64,000 bases of DNA. It comes from Setoptus koraiensis (lineage: Eukaryota > Animalia > Arthropoda). A model generated the notes under the pieces. It ran no database searches. It saw only the letters and a program-made list of their open reading frames with translations, and was not told the origin of the DNA. The DNA lies in contig CM106586.1 of the NCBI GenBank assembly GCA_048013815.1, forward strand, positions 11,098,001-11,162,000, given 5' to 3'. The position numbers and the translations under genes were made by a program. This document shows, in pieces, positions 35,465 through 49,186 of this stretch; the stretch's first letter is position 1, and every line of letters starts with the position of its first letter.

Positions 35465-37467
35465 ACAATGCAGTATCAATTATATCTGTCAAATTCTGGG
35501 CAGGCCTTATTCTCGAGTGCATATAGTACACTAGGATGGTATTAAACTGAAGTCGATAGGACGTAGAATTTATTTAAAGCTTAGGTGTAAATATCTATGA
35601 TAAACTAATTTATATATATAAATTTTGAAAACATGAAATAATAATGTAAAATAATGTCTTTATATTGTCTAAAATACATGAGGTTTCTCGAAACCTGATT
35701 GACCTCACCAAACTATGGAAAAGTAGGAACTATGTAATCATTCGGACCCAAATTGTCCACTCAAAAACTTAGATACCAGTAATAATAATAATAAAGTTCA
35801 TATCACGAGCATTTTTTTTCTATCAACATAGCGTTCCAAGCGTGTTTAATGTTTGATGGCTTCTTGAAACTCCGAGAGATCTGACGATGTTTAGCAGCGT
35901 TGGTTGGTCAGGATCAGATTGTACCCATACTGGCCTGGAATACAAACGATGATTGCTCTGCCAACCAACACTCACCTGTCCTTTTATCGTCATGATCGAC
36001 TTTTACTGTTGAATAAATTATGATTTCTATTCCTTCGTCAGTTTGGGTTTCTAGATTCATGACTGCAGTTAGATAAAAATGAAACCACCGAAAAGAATGG
36101 CCGCAGTCTTTATCCTATTTGGAAAACGTTGCAGCCTTTCAAACGGAGATATCCCACGGAGCTAGATTTTATTACATTATTTCAGGTTGAGTAGAATGAG
36201 ATAGGCCCGAAGACGGTCATGTTTTAGGCTTGACCGGAAAAATAATTGTTTCTCTCGATTGACTGTACATTATGTTTGTTTTGTAATGGAAATAATCGTG
36301 ATATCTTGTAATTTCTTCTGAAGACCAGAGTAGTGTCATAGATATTCTAGCACCACGAAATCAATCTGCATTATTTTGTCAACCAGAAGGGTCGTTTTTT
36401 TCATTCAAACAGATCTCTACAACTTCTCAAAACGACCATGGCTCTAACGACATAACTTGACTGCAGGCTATATCCTGTAAATCTTATCCATTTATGTCAA
36501 TCTATCGCTATCCATGTGAGTTTAATTACTACTCAAGTAGTAATGGGATCAGATTAGCTGATTAGGACAAGATTTGTTTGTATACAGGCTAATATTTGAC
36601 CAATCTTGTTGTTTTTCGCATTCTGTAATGCTCTCCTCTCTAGAAAAACACATTATTTGATTTTTATTGTTGTCATAACGTTCAAAGCCGTTTTTCCGTA
36701 CTATTAATTTTAGTGATGATTTTATAACGATGGTCTAAAACAGAGTGGGACAAGATCAGCCGTATCTAAATATCAAGAAGAGATAAAGGCTTTTTATAGT
36801 TATACTTTTGAAACTAACGAATGAATCGAATACATCTAGCCCGAAGCGCAAAGTAATTGAGTTAATGTGCACATTTAGAAAAGTTTACCTCTAGTCGCTT
36901 ATCCAGTAGAGATTTAACCTGTACTGAAAACCCATCGTAGGTAGATCGAACACAACGGCTATAACTCGAACCCGACTCAAGATTTCAAGCTTCTCATGTA
37001 TTTTATTGGGTCCATCAATTAAGTGAATGTGTATGCGACAGAGCTCGTCATCGTGTCGATTCTGAGTCTATCTTAAAATGTACATGGAATCTATTAATTG
37101 ATAGAAATTGCAGACGACTAAAATAATCTAATCAACTAAGAGTAACTCTGATTTCGGTTGCTGTGTCTAAGAAGCTCGACATTTTACCTCGCGGATCTGG
37201 AGAATGACAGTTATAGGGACTACAGCAATCGCCAGCGAAGGAAATAGAATCTCGGGTAAATTAGATATAAATAGGTCAACCATATAAACAATGTTGAACA
37301 ACTACAACACTATTCGATGAAGATGTTCAAGTTGATATCTCAAGTGAGCGCCTGTGAACGCCGCCGTGGAGGCTACAGAGGGCGGCTGGCATCGTTTTTA
37401 TACAATCGTACTTACATCAAGTTAGAGCATATGTTAGATAAAATAAGCTTTGCGATAAGATTCGGAC

Positions 37468-37470
<3 letters not shown>

Positions 37471-37515
<45 letters not shown>
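37471..37515. repeat. (CT)22 microsatellite
   Basis: Uninterrupted CT run. Confidence 0.95.
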
Positions 37516-37518
<3 letters not shown>

Positions 37519-40049
37519 GTCTTGTCTGGGACCCAGCCGGCTTCATTGCTCACTTATTAGTTAGCCTTGAATTGCCTGCCAGAGTACATGCTGAGATAGC
37601 GACCTAATGGTATTTCAAGAGTGCGAAATATCTTATCATGAACATAAGTGCAATGAGGCATTTCTATTGCAACTAGAAAGTAAAAAGTGGAGGCCGCTTG
37701 ACTACATTGGCGTTTGGGCGCAGACGAAAACCTCCAAAAATGAGTTCGAGATTGGGTTATCGCAAATCGCGTTTGAGATTTCAAATTTTCTGATCTCGTC
37801 TGACTCAAATAAATGCATAAACGATGCTAGAAGCAGTGCCAGCATCAACAACAACACAATCACCGTTGCATGTCTTGACAAACAGACATCAGGGGACCTG
37901 GAATGCACAATGAACGATAGTTTGTCTATGACTATGTCGGTGTGTCATCGCAACACCTGAACAAGTGCAACTTTCAATTCCATCGGTTGGCTACAATGGA
38001 AAGTTGAATCAGGAATAGATCTCAATAGTTGCACTTAAATCCACAGCACATCGTCGTTGTTGACGTTGTTACAGTCTCTGACCAATTTATTATTAGTAAT
38101 AGTATCTAGCATTGCCAGATATCGTTAGGGGCCGATCTGAGGCTGCTCTAGCTTCTGGCTGGATGATGGTGGCGCCCACTAAACCAGAGCACAATCCAAA
38201 TGAGCGCAGGCTAACGACCTCGTCGTCATTTGTGCATGTTTCTATTATCATGCTGCTGGTATCATGTTGTGTGTCTAGCCGAACAGGGCCCCAAATGAGA
38301 GCTTCGCGCTCAAAGCGAATGGATTTTGGCTGGCTGGGTGTGCTTCGCAACTCTTCATTTTGTTTCGTTTGTTGTGTTCTATCATCATCGTCATCTGGCG
38401 CCAGTCTGCTGCTGGCCTAGATTTATTATGTCACCGGCATGTACTATGTAATAAGTCGACTGTGTGTGTGTGTGTGTGTGTGCGAATGTCGGTGCATGCC
38501 AGAGGGAACTCGACAAGCTCGTGGTGGCAGCCATAGATATCCATTGAGTGGGGGCGAATTTTATATCTTTTGTGGTGCTCGTGCCAGAGAATGTGTGTGT
38601 GTGTGTGTGTGTGTGTGTCGGAGCTGTGCGGCATATGCTGCTGCCACTTGTAATGGATTGTGTTGTGCTCACTATGAAGGGATAATAACAAGCCGAGCCG
38701 AGAGGAAGGGGCCAAATTCTTTGGCTGGCCGGCAGGGCCGCCAGTCTCATGAGTCATGACTAGTGCGGGCGAGCGGCTTGCATCGGCAATGCGCATTATG
38801 CAACGGCGCGCCAACAGCAGCACTTGCAAATGACCTAAATAGTGTCAATGCGGTCTTATTGTATTATTGAGGTATATACATACATGTGGATGTACACATA
38901 AAACTGGCTGCTATATAATATAATCATTACACAATAAGCAATAAGTGGCCAACTTGTTAGCAGCAAAGGAACAGCTCAATTGTGTGTGTGTGTGTGTCCT
39001 AGTTTTGTTTGTAATTATGTTTGCAGTTTCTTTTTGCCCGTGTCGTTGGCACCTCCTTCCTGGGGCCCAAATTATTATTTTCCGCCAAACAACCAGCGCA
39101 TGTGTGTGTGTGTTTTCAACGAGGGTGCCCAACGTGGGGCCAACTTTGGTGGCTTCGCGTTTGCCATTGTTGCTTGTGTATCCCCCGCACATATCGTCTC
39201 GAATATCTTACCGCGCCATGTCATGTACATAGGCAACATAAACATTAGCGAGATGCGTTGCATAGAGAGGCCCGCAATTGATCGGAGGCAATTATGTTTC
39301 ACTTGCAATTTGGTCACTGATTGACCAGCGGTCAGCGGTCTGTGACTGCCGAAGATATTGTTGTATTTTTTATAATCAGCGCCATTTGTGACCGATCCAA
39401 CTGAAATGTATGCTGCCTGAAATCAGATCTGACCATATTATTGGCTCGTTGGTGCCCACCGATAACTTCCATTAACCATTAACTGCCGGGCTAAGCTCTG
39501 CCCTGCTTCGATGGGCCCAGTCGCTGGGCTAACTTTGATCTGGCTATTCCAATATCGAGCACTGTCCACGAGCTGGCCCTGTGGCGTTCGTTCCAGCACG
39601 CGTGCACTGTATATCCGTGTCCCATCACGAGCAGTTGCATTATAGAAAGTCCATCTAACGAGGCACGAGAGAGAGAGAGAGAGCGACTGGCCGGATAGCC
39701 GACTAGTCGGAAGTGCAATAGAACAGGCAGCGAAATTGAAACAATGAGGCCAGCATGTAGGCCAATGGACTGACACGCTAAAGTATTGGCGCGTATTAAT
39801 ACCGTATATATATATATATATATACCGTATATATTGAGCGGGCGGATAAGTAGCAGTTAGTAGAGTGTGAATTGCATTGTTATTATTATCACGCTCTGTC
39901 TGGCTTCTTGCATGCAAATGAGCCCGCCAGCCCGCCAGCCAGCTAACCCGGCCACCCAGGCCCGGATTTAAAGTGCAAAGTGTCAAGTGCCAGTCATATA
40001 TTTTATATATTGAGCTGTGCGCCGGTTAAAAACGGGGGCGCAAGGTTCC

Positions 40050-40087
40050 CCACTTTGGAGGCTCCTCGCGAGGAGCCTCCAAAGTGG
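40050..40087. repeat. Perfect 38-bp spacerless palindrome
   Basis: ccactttggaggctcctcg|cgaggagcctccaaagtgg; the two 19-nt halves are exact reverse complements. Confidence 0.95.
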
Positions 40088-43000
40088 CTGTGTGTGTGTG
40101 TCTCACATCACCTGGTGTGAGTGCGTGCGACACTGGCGTGTGCAACTCATTGGATATTGTGATATTGTGCACCCAGTGACATATCCACTTTGCCAGCCTC
40201 AATCATGGCCCATGCAAGCCTCCGTCGTCTCACAATTGTCAGCCGTCGGATGAACGGCTTACAGTAAGACAATAGCGACGCCAACTAAACCAACACACAC
40301 ACACACACTCGGGCTCGCTGAAATGGGGCCAGTTTCGCTGCCATTGCAACTCGTCCATCTGATTACTTTAAATTGTGGGCCCGCCAGCCAGCCAGAGCTG
40401 GCAAGACTGACAAGGCGGCCCGAGCCGCTTGTTTGCGCAATCCTATCTCTGCTCTTAATCTTGCCTGGGCCAATTTTAATCCTATTTCGTGTGTGTGTTG
40501 TGGCATATCCAACCATCATATGAGAGATAATGTGAACAAGCATAGTAAGACTAATAGATGGAGCGGTGGTTGCAGTTGTTGTTGTTCATGAGAAGAGTTA
40601 ATTCCGATGGATGGCTCTCAGCTCAGCTCATCTCAATCGCTGCGCCGAGTTCATTTCCATTGCAATTGTGAGCTGGGTTTGTCCGCTACTCACTATTGAT
40701 TGCTTTTGGTCAAAAGAGTTATGCACAACAATCAGACAATAATAGCAACATGACCCCTCACACAGTCACTCGCTCGCACAATGTCACCTATGCTCAATTC
40801 ATGAATGAGGCGCTGAATGGGGCCAACCGACAAATAACTGGCCCAATGGCAAGACAAATATCCCTGCACGTAGTTGAGTGTATTTGTCTGGCTGAGACAG
40901 TGGCTCACCGGGTTGCACAACTCGTCGCCGAGAGAGTCAGTATGCCCATGAGCAGCAATTTTTATCTTGATATTGTCAGACAATCAAATTGCAAATTGCA
41001 ATTATTGTCCGTGCTAAGCGACCCGCGAACAGTTCACCGACGAGTCACTCATTGGGGCCATTGGGCCGGCTATCTTGCACCGACGATCTCTTGCCATAAC
41101 AAGATCGTCTAACTTGCGTCCTATGGCATAGAGGGCGCACCATTGTGAGCCAATTGGCAAATGGGGCCACCGCCGACTGTGTGACCCAATATCTCGGCCC
41201 TATCTATCGCTATGCGTCAAGATTGTCTGAACACCAGCAGGCACAAGCTACATGGAAGGAGAGATCGGTGGACGGTGCAATCAATCATTTGATTCAGTTG
41301 TTCCTATCAATGGCTAATAAACTGAAATAGTTGCACCGATCGCCACTTGGTTGGCGCCACATCTCATTAGTGTTGCACAAAAGCTGGCCCCGTGCACGCT
41401 GCTTTATACGAATGTAGTGTATATAAATTGGTAAATAGCGCTCATGGGCACCAATGGCAACCAACCTGAGATTATAAGCAACTCAACGGTGCCACTGGCA
41501 ACCAGCTCGACTGGACCTGGTCCAGTGGCCGAGCTACGCTGAATGTAATTGTATAGGCTATTTTGTTGGCCGCGCACACTGGTAAAGTTGGCGCTGGCTA
41601 ACCGAAAAATGATGACCAATGGGGCCCGTTGTCGACAGAAATCATTTAATGCGCGCGGTATACAGTGAATAATTTATTCTTGACAACGGGCGCTCGCTCG
41701 CTCGTTCGCTGTCAATATAATATCGCCGTCGTGTATCATTAGAGCCATCATTGGCAAACATCGACAGCCACGTCGAGCCAGCCAGAGATGATGTGTGCGC
41801 ACGGGTTGTTTAAGGAATTCATTTAATTTGGTTTCACAGATTCAGACGAGATTTCAATCTCGTGCGCGGGTCTGTTTCTGACAAAAAGCGACCATCCACA
41901 CCGAAGCGGCACCCACAGCAACGACTCAGGCAGCAATGACACCCACCCAAAGCAGCCACGACACCAGCAGCAAACCGAGGTCCAGTTGCAGCGGCAACGG
42001 AGATTAATTTTTTGGCAGCGCAAGCCAGCCCGACGACAAGAATGGGCCAGTGACGTCATGAGCAGCATGCAAATGATGCTGCTTGACCGCTTGTGTCGGG
42101 CATAAATATCATGACGATCATATCAGCTAGAGCCACTGGGCCCACAGCAGGCTGTTACAGAGGCGCCACGCAGAGTGTGTCATGTAGTGGGCCCACTTGA
42201 GGCCCGGCTCGGCGCCGCGCTCTAACTCTCTTTTGGTGCGTTAACCAGCTAGATTGTGAGATTGTGAGCAGATAAGCAAACTTGTGAGTGTCAATGGCAC
42301 CAAACAACAATGATTACGGCAAACAATCATTGTTGTAGTGCTGGCATTTGTAGTGAGCGAGCGGCTCGAAATAAGAAAGCTCGTATCGTATCGTATTGTT
42401 GTTGTTGTTGTTGTTGTTGTTGCATGGGGCCTTGCAAAAGCAGACTAAAATCGTTGTCTGTTGTGTGCATTGCGTAAGCAAATCTATTTTGCTGGCTGTT
42501 TGGCTGGTTTATGGCGCACAAATACCATCTTTGGTTGTATGTAGTGGTAGATAGTATTTGGTAGTCGTAGTGCATGCAAGATAGCCTTTGTGCGCGGCTA
42601 TTGGGGCTTGGGTATTGGGGCCCGGGTATTGGGGCCGGCGAGGGCCGCTGGCAGCGCGGCATTGCACAGACTAATGGACCATGCACTCTCTATGCTAGCT
42701 GGCTAGTGACTGTCTGCTGACTAGTGGCTAATAACCCAACTACCGTTACTTGCCGTCACTGGCGCCGTTGTGTGTCTGGCAAATAGCGTCACAAACTGTT
42801 ATGCAAACTGTTGTTGTTGTTGCTGTTGCTCGCCGTGTACACCGTGTTCTGAGGTCGTTGAACTATAGATCCGTTCGCACACACGTAGTTACATAACATT
42901 GCACACTGTGCAATGATCGCCCGACTGGAGAGCGCCTCAATTTATATTCAATACTAAACACACGACCGAGCCTGGCCAGACGGGGGCCCGCCAGAGCATA

Positions 43001-46000
43001 AGACTCATGATGAGCGAGCCAGGCTTATGATGAGGCTGCATTCCGGCCCGAAACTCAACACTAAATAACATGACCAGGGCCCCAGCTTGCATGCGCTATC
43101 GCGCTATTCAATAGCTATATGATTATAGCGTCCCGACTTGCAATAGAGACCCAAACACGCTATTGCAAGAGGTTGCTCGAAAGTTGCCAAAATACCCGGG
43201 CGCATCTTGTCGACATCTTCACTTGGCCGCTGAGTGGTGCCGCGATCTCGGCAATTGAGGCCTTTGGCGTGCTTGCTGCACTGACAACTGCACCAAGGCA
43301 CGCTCTATCGAGAGATTAAACAAACAGGGGGGCCAATCTTGACTTCTCGAGGGTCGCTCTCTCAGCGAGTTTGCAGTTGCCGGCCATACGGTCGCTCTGT
43401 CGGACAAACTCTGTCCGACAGACTCTGTCCGGCGACTCGTCGGCCAGGGCACGGGCCCAACTGCCGGCAGCCAGTGGCCTGACAATGTTACGAAACCTTA
43501 TATTTTCAATTTGCCAGCAAAACACTCAAATTCGAATTGTCACAATTGGATTTTTATATTTGTCCAGTGACTGGAGTATTTTTTTTCTCTCCTCAAATGT
43601 ATGCCCGAATAGCGCACACACTTAGTGTACGGGCCCACTAACATCAATTGTCTATCCAGAATCCGGGCCAAGTGGTCGTGTCGCCGGTCAAATCACAGTC
43701 ACTGTCTGCTATTCCGTGCCACTTCGATGGCAACGACCGCCGCTCGCCGGACACAGCTTGCTGGGGGCCAATAATGTAATTGCGATGTGTGTGTGTTTTT
43801 TTTTCTTTTGGGTGGGGGGCCGATTATTGCACCACGCAATCCATTTTCAATATAATGGGCCAATCTATACAAGAGGCTACGAATATTCCAGACTGGAATC
43901 TCCAGTGTTATCATGCATTGAGGGTGGCCCCTGCTGAACAGAGTCTGTTCTGATTGGGCGCCGGGCTCTCCATTGGTGGCCGCCTGTGGGGCGGCATGAG
44001 TTCTTTTTCGGATATATTCTATTTTTCGCCCGAAGTGGCCTGAAATTTCAGACTGAAATGCCATCAAGTTAACACTATTATACACTATACGAGTGCATAG
44101 TGTATAATTGCCGGTCTCTTGCCGAAAACTCTCGAATCAATGGGACACAAATGTGGATGCCGGGCCCCAATTCTGGCGCGGTCTTGCAAGCAAGTGGCCT
44201 CTGTCGTCATGCAACTGCTATACACTTTATACTTGCTAACTGTCTATGTGCCGTGTATACACTCAGTGTATTACACTGTACATAGACGGTTGAATTTAGC
44301 GAGTGGCACCCATGGAGTTTGTTTTTTGTCGCTGCCTCGAACGGTTCCAGACTCGAACCCAATCACTATCAGCTGCCGCTATGCCAACAATTTTCGATTA
44401 TGCGCAGCTTGCCGGCCGCAAAGCGATCATTTCACACAGCGACTGTGTTTTATCTTTATAAAACTACAACTACTGCTCGCAGTGCTCCCATTGGCGCCCA
44501 ATTGGCCCCCTTCGAGCGCCATCGCGATTTCGATTACCTATGCGGCGCGGCGCCGGGGATATTGGCGCTAGTCGCGGTATTGGCAGGCCGGATCCGCAAC
44601 CAAGTGAAACTAATACAACCATAGATAACTCATACATTATATAAGTGAGCAGCGCTCGCTGTCGGTACACAAAGGCTTGTCGTGACGGTCGCCACGATGA
44701 TACGTGCAATGAATTAGGCAACACAACACGTGATAAATGGGCCCGGGGAAGGTTAGCTCGAAAATTGGCCATGTTTGATTACGACCGGCGCATTACTGAC
44801 ACTTGAACTGATTGCACATTGTGAGTGTGTGTGTGTGTGTGTGTGTGCGGTGGGGCCCGCGTGGAAAGTCGATATGCTGCGCTCTTTGGTCGATCATTGG
44901 CACCGCGGGGCCCCATTGCCAGTCCGACGCTCGCCGAGCCAGCCAAAAACAAGCCCGCGAGTCAGTGCAGCGATCGAGATCTCGATTGTTCTAAGCGGCA
45001 TGCATTTGTGTAAGCCGGGCTGGGGGCTCCAGAGTGTGAGTTTGTTATCGCGATTTTAGATTGACTAGATATTAGATGGGACGAGCGGAGGAAACGGGCC
45101 CACGCCACAATTCGCGTAATAATTTTCACGCAGCACCGACTAATATAACGCAAAGTCGGCTGCCGCCGCTTTCCACTGGCTACACTGCCAAATGGGCCCG
45201 TGTTTCCGGCTCGAGAGCGCCAGAGATCGCGCTGCTTTGAACTTGTGTTAATAGTGGCAGCAGCAGCAGCAGCATCATCCCAACAAATTCCGCGCTGCTT
45301 TTGTGCTAACCAATTTTCTCGATTCAAGCCACACAAACACACAAACAAGTTGCCCCAGGCTGCATCCATCTTGCCGGGCTGGCCGGGCCCGCAACTGGGG
45401 CCCGCTCCTCTTTTATCTGATCTTAATTTGGATCTATTTTTAAGCGCGCCCTTATTTAACCGTGTTAACTGTGCGCTGTTTCATTTTCACAAATAACGCT
45501 GTTGCGGCCCGTAGCTTACGGGCCTGTAGCGAGCGGGGCCCCAACCCAAAGCGCTCCTGTGGGGCGCTTTGTTTTTGTTCGTTCGAGCTGGTCGGCTGGA
45601 TTTTAAAACGGGGCACGGGGAGCGAACAAAGGGATACAGATTTAGCAAATGGCGCCCACTGCCCGTTGTGTCCGTGTTCGCATGCACGCTGTATGAACGA
45701 TAAAATGAACGAATCTGGCTCAATTCTGTCGGCTTCTTATCGCTGTGAGGCGCGATTTGCACCGATTTACCTAGACTGCTGGCCAGCAGCAGCAGCACAT
45801 CGAGCGGCAATAACGGCCCCTCGAGTTAGTTAGTGGACGACGGGGCGCTCTTTTGGTTGGCGCTTTTTTGTGCGCTGGGGCCCGGCGCCGCGGCGATGGC
45901 CCGAAATAGATTGGGCCGCTAGATTTCGTCTTTTGTTGTCGGATTTGATTTAACTGCCGGCCAGTGAGTCTACTGACAGTGAGTACTGACTAGACTGGAC

Positions 46001-46494
46001 TAGTCTGGAGTCTGGTCGGCCATCGATATTGTCATTGTGGGCCCGCTGGCTCCGAAAGAGCAGTTAGCGACAGCGTGCCTATACTGCCGCCACACAACAA
46101 TATAAGTTATATAATATGACTGCCATATAACGGCAATGTTGCTGCCGCTGCTGCTCAATAGAGTGAGTTACACAATGCTTCTTTGGGGCCCGCTCCATTG
46201 CCGTTGCTCTCTTTTTCTCGCCATGTCCATTATTTGCTTGGGCTGGCAAGCGACAACAATGTGTGTGTGTGCGTTCACGGCGAAGCCACCAACAGCCGAC
46301 CTAAAACAACAAAATGTTTCCCTCTGCTCGGGAATGGGGCCCGAGCCGATCCATTTGGTGTGTGCCGTTGTTGTGCCGTCGTGCCGTCGTGCAGTTGTGC
46401 GGTTGTGCAGTTGCGCAAGCCTGGAGCCCTCTGCTTACGGGGCCGTTAGTTTTTGTTGTTGGCAAGGGGATCAAGATTGATGTGCCCTGCTAGC

Positions 46495-46553
46495 GGGCTG
46501 CCGCTTGGGCTGCCGCTCGGGCTGCCGCTTGGGCTGCTGCTCGGGCTGCCGCT
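46495..46553. repeat. 12-bp tandem repeat x5 (gggctgccgctY), T/C alternating
   Basis: Units read directly from the sequence. Confidence 0.9.
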
Positions 46554-47190
46554 GGACTGCGGGCCCCAGCAGCAGCGGCCCGAGCGGAGACTAAGTGAGC
46601 CGGAGCTGTTGGCAATATTCAGCGTGCGCCCATTTCGCGGGCCCCACTGACATGAAATAGGAAGCTGTTGGTGTTTGTGTGCGAATATGTGGCTGGCTGG
46701 CTGGCGTGTTGCACATGACGGCCAGCCAGCCTCGAGCGGGCCCCCATGAAGCCAGAGCCGGATAGCGGCAGACGGGTAGCGGCGGCTAACGAGACCGTGC
46801 AGGACCCATCACTTATTGTTGTTGTCGGGTTGTTTGGGTTGGTGGGCGCTAACGGGCGCCAACGGGCCGCACGCCAGCCGCAAAAAGGCCCAGAATGAAG
46901 CGACTTTTTCGGCTGTCTCGTCGCCCCTTTTCTCCACTCTTGCACTCCTCCACTCTTGCACTCTTGCACTCTTGCACGCCTGAGCCCGCTCGGGCACGTT
47001 CGGGCTCGTTCGAGCTGGGCGGGCCGGCCCGAAGCGTCTATCATCGCTTGGGCTGCGGCCCAAGTTGGGTATGGCGCGCGAGTCGCCGGCCTGCCGACTT
47101 GCCAGCGCCAGATAGTGCCAATTTGACAGTTTTCTTTCGCCTCGTGTTTGCGGCACCGGCGCTTGTCCCGTTGCTGGCGGGCGCCGCCGG

Positions 47191-47210
47191 CGCCGACGGT
47201 ACCGTCGGCG
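47191..47210. repeat. Perfect 20-bp palindrome cgccgacggtaccgtcggcg
   Basis: The sequence equals its own reverse complement. Confidence 0.9.
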
Positions 47211-49120
47211 TGCGGGCCGCAGAACGGCGGTCTCGCTAATGGTGCCACCAGGCAACCATTTGTGTGTGTTTGTGTCTGCATGTGCACAATCAGTCAGAGC
47301 GGGGGTCCGTCAATTTGTGCAATGCACGCCTGCTTGCTGAGCTATGAACTAGACTCTAGATACTGGAGAGAGGCGACGCCGAAAGAGAACGCTTATTTGC
47401 CATTCGTGCGCGATAATACATAGTTAGACGCGTAGCTGGATACACGGCTCGAGTTAGTCAGATTAATGTGGGCCCCAGTGGCGCCAGAGACACACGGCCA
47501 GAGATGGCGAGCGACACACAGCGAGCGGGGGCCCGAGAGAGGGAGCAAGGCAGGCGGTGTAAAGTGGCGCGTTCCATTTGCAATTCAGTTAGCGTGAGCC
47601 CGACAGCGGCCAGCCTGTGTCACGTAAACGATTACGCAACGTAACGCGCTCGCTGTGTCTGTTGTCGAGCTGTTTTTCCCCTCGCGCGCACACCCGACGG
47701 CTCATCCGGCCGCTGGTGGCGCCCCAATTGTAAGTGCTGTGTAAAGTATTACAAAGAAACAGAGCAAGACAGAAAAATGTGCGCCCGTCATCGGCGTAAC
47801 TTATTTCCGAGCTCGGATGGGAGCGTGAATGGGAGCTCGAATGGGAGCCCGAACGGGATACGCGGCGCAGCGGGTTCGCTATACATTGGCGCTGGGTGCG
47901 CTGGTGTGGCTGGGCAGCCCCTGTCGAGGCGCCGTTTCTGGCGCCACTCGCCGAAATGCCGCCAGAAACGGCCCAAAGTTGCAAGATGAAAGCGCCAAGG
48001 ACGCGCCTCGGCCGACGAGCGCACGTCAAGCGGGGCGACAAGAAATGGGGCCAAGACGCACGAGCGGCGCCCGCCAGCGTCGCTCGAGCCAGGGGCGGGC
48101 CCCTCAAGCTCACTGGCGAACAAAGTTGCACAAGTCGACGGCTCAAAGTGCCGGCCATGGCCAAGAATGAGAATGTCGGGCGCTGGCAGCTACCAGTGAC
48201 CGATACGCTTGCTTTCCTTGGGGGGCCCCTCCCTTCGTGCTGGCATCGACGTCCGCGCGATCTGTGATGCCGCGCCGGGAGCCGCCGCCGCTGCTGCCAC
48301 TGACGGCCCGCCGACCACCATTTTGATATTTGTCTCGCTACGCGAGCACCGTTATTATTATTATTATTATCATTACTATTACTGTTATTACTATTACTAT
48401 TACTGTTATTGGGTTCGGCAGTTGGCTCGCCATTCATATGGGGCCCCATACTGCTGTCAGTATGCGTTAGCCCCCCGAACGATATGCGCGTGTGCCGGCG
48501 CCGCATTAAGCTCGCCGAGAAGCTCGTGACAGGCGAGAAAGAGCAGACAAGGACAGCGTTTGACGTTACAACAGCCAGCCAGCCAGCCATGGCGGCCCCA
48601 ACAGCAAGTGCCCTAATGAAGCGATACTGGCGAGCTTGGCATACACACATCTAGTGGGCCCCCAAATGCCAAATGTGGCCAGCACGCCGGAGGGCGCCCC
48701 AATTGCTACAAATTCGTGCTTGCACGTACTCTGTTGAACGTGCCTCTTGCGGGGGGCGCCTGCATCCGCGCTTACGCTGACGAACAGCTCGTTGTGCCGC
48801 TGCACACTGCAGTTTGTCTCACAATGGGGCCCATTATATCGGAGCGCCCAGTTGGAGCAAGTGCGCCGCCAATAGGGTCGCGCATAAAATTGCCAAATCG
48901 CACGCTGGCCCCTCTGACATATCGCTGGCGAGCCGGCTGTGTGCTTGAGCGTCATTAAATCATCGACACGAGTATTTATTGTGTATAACAGCACCGATAC
49001 AACCAATACAACCGACAAGCGCTATGGATGGCCGAAAAAATGTGTGTGCAGTCATTATGATAATGAGCGAGCGTGCTTTTTGTTCAAACAATAATTAATT
49101 GGCGTCGATGTTTGGCGACA

Positions 49121-49186
49121 CTCTGCCCGATAGTGACTCTGCCCGATAGTGACTCTGCCCGATAGTGACTCTGCCCGATAGTGACT
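49121..49186. repeat. 16-bp perfect tandem repeat x4 (ctctgcccgatagtga)
   Basis: Four identical units plus 2 nt. Confidence 0.95.

Noticed and set aside
42528-42536. miR-9-like TCTTTGGTT
   Set aside because: A 9-nt match with no miR-9 star arm; the rest diverges.
43104-43301. LRR N-cap or EGF-like exon (CSCQCSKHAKGLNCRDRG)
   Set aside because: The Cys spacing is only loosely similar and no adjoining LRR or EGF exons were found.
43267-43303. Hairpin containing the miR-124 seed AAGGCACGC
   Set aside because: Only 37 nt long, and the seed lies at the base of the 3' arm, so a mature miR-124 could not be contained in the stem.
47589-48650. 353-aa minus-strand ORF
   Set aside because: No domain, Arg/Ala/Ser/Gly-rich composition typical of GC-rich non-coding DNA, and overlapping ORFs in several frames. 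Not excluded, but unsupported.
49121-49186. CRISPR-like arrays (also 3601-3700 and 46495-46553)
   Set aside because: Head-to-tail tandem repeats without unique spacers, no cas genes, and a eukaryotic context.
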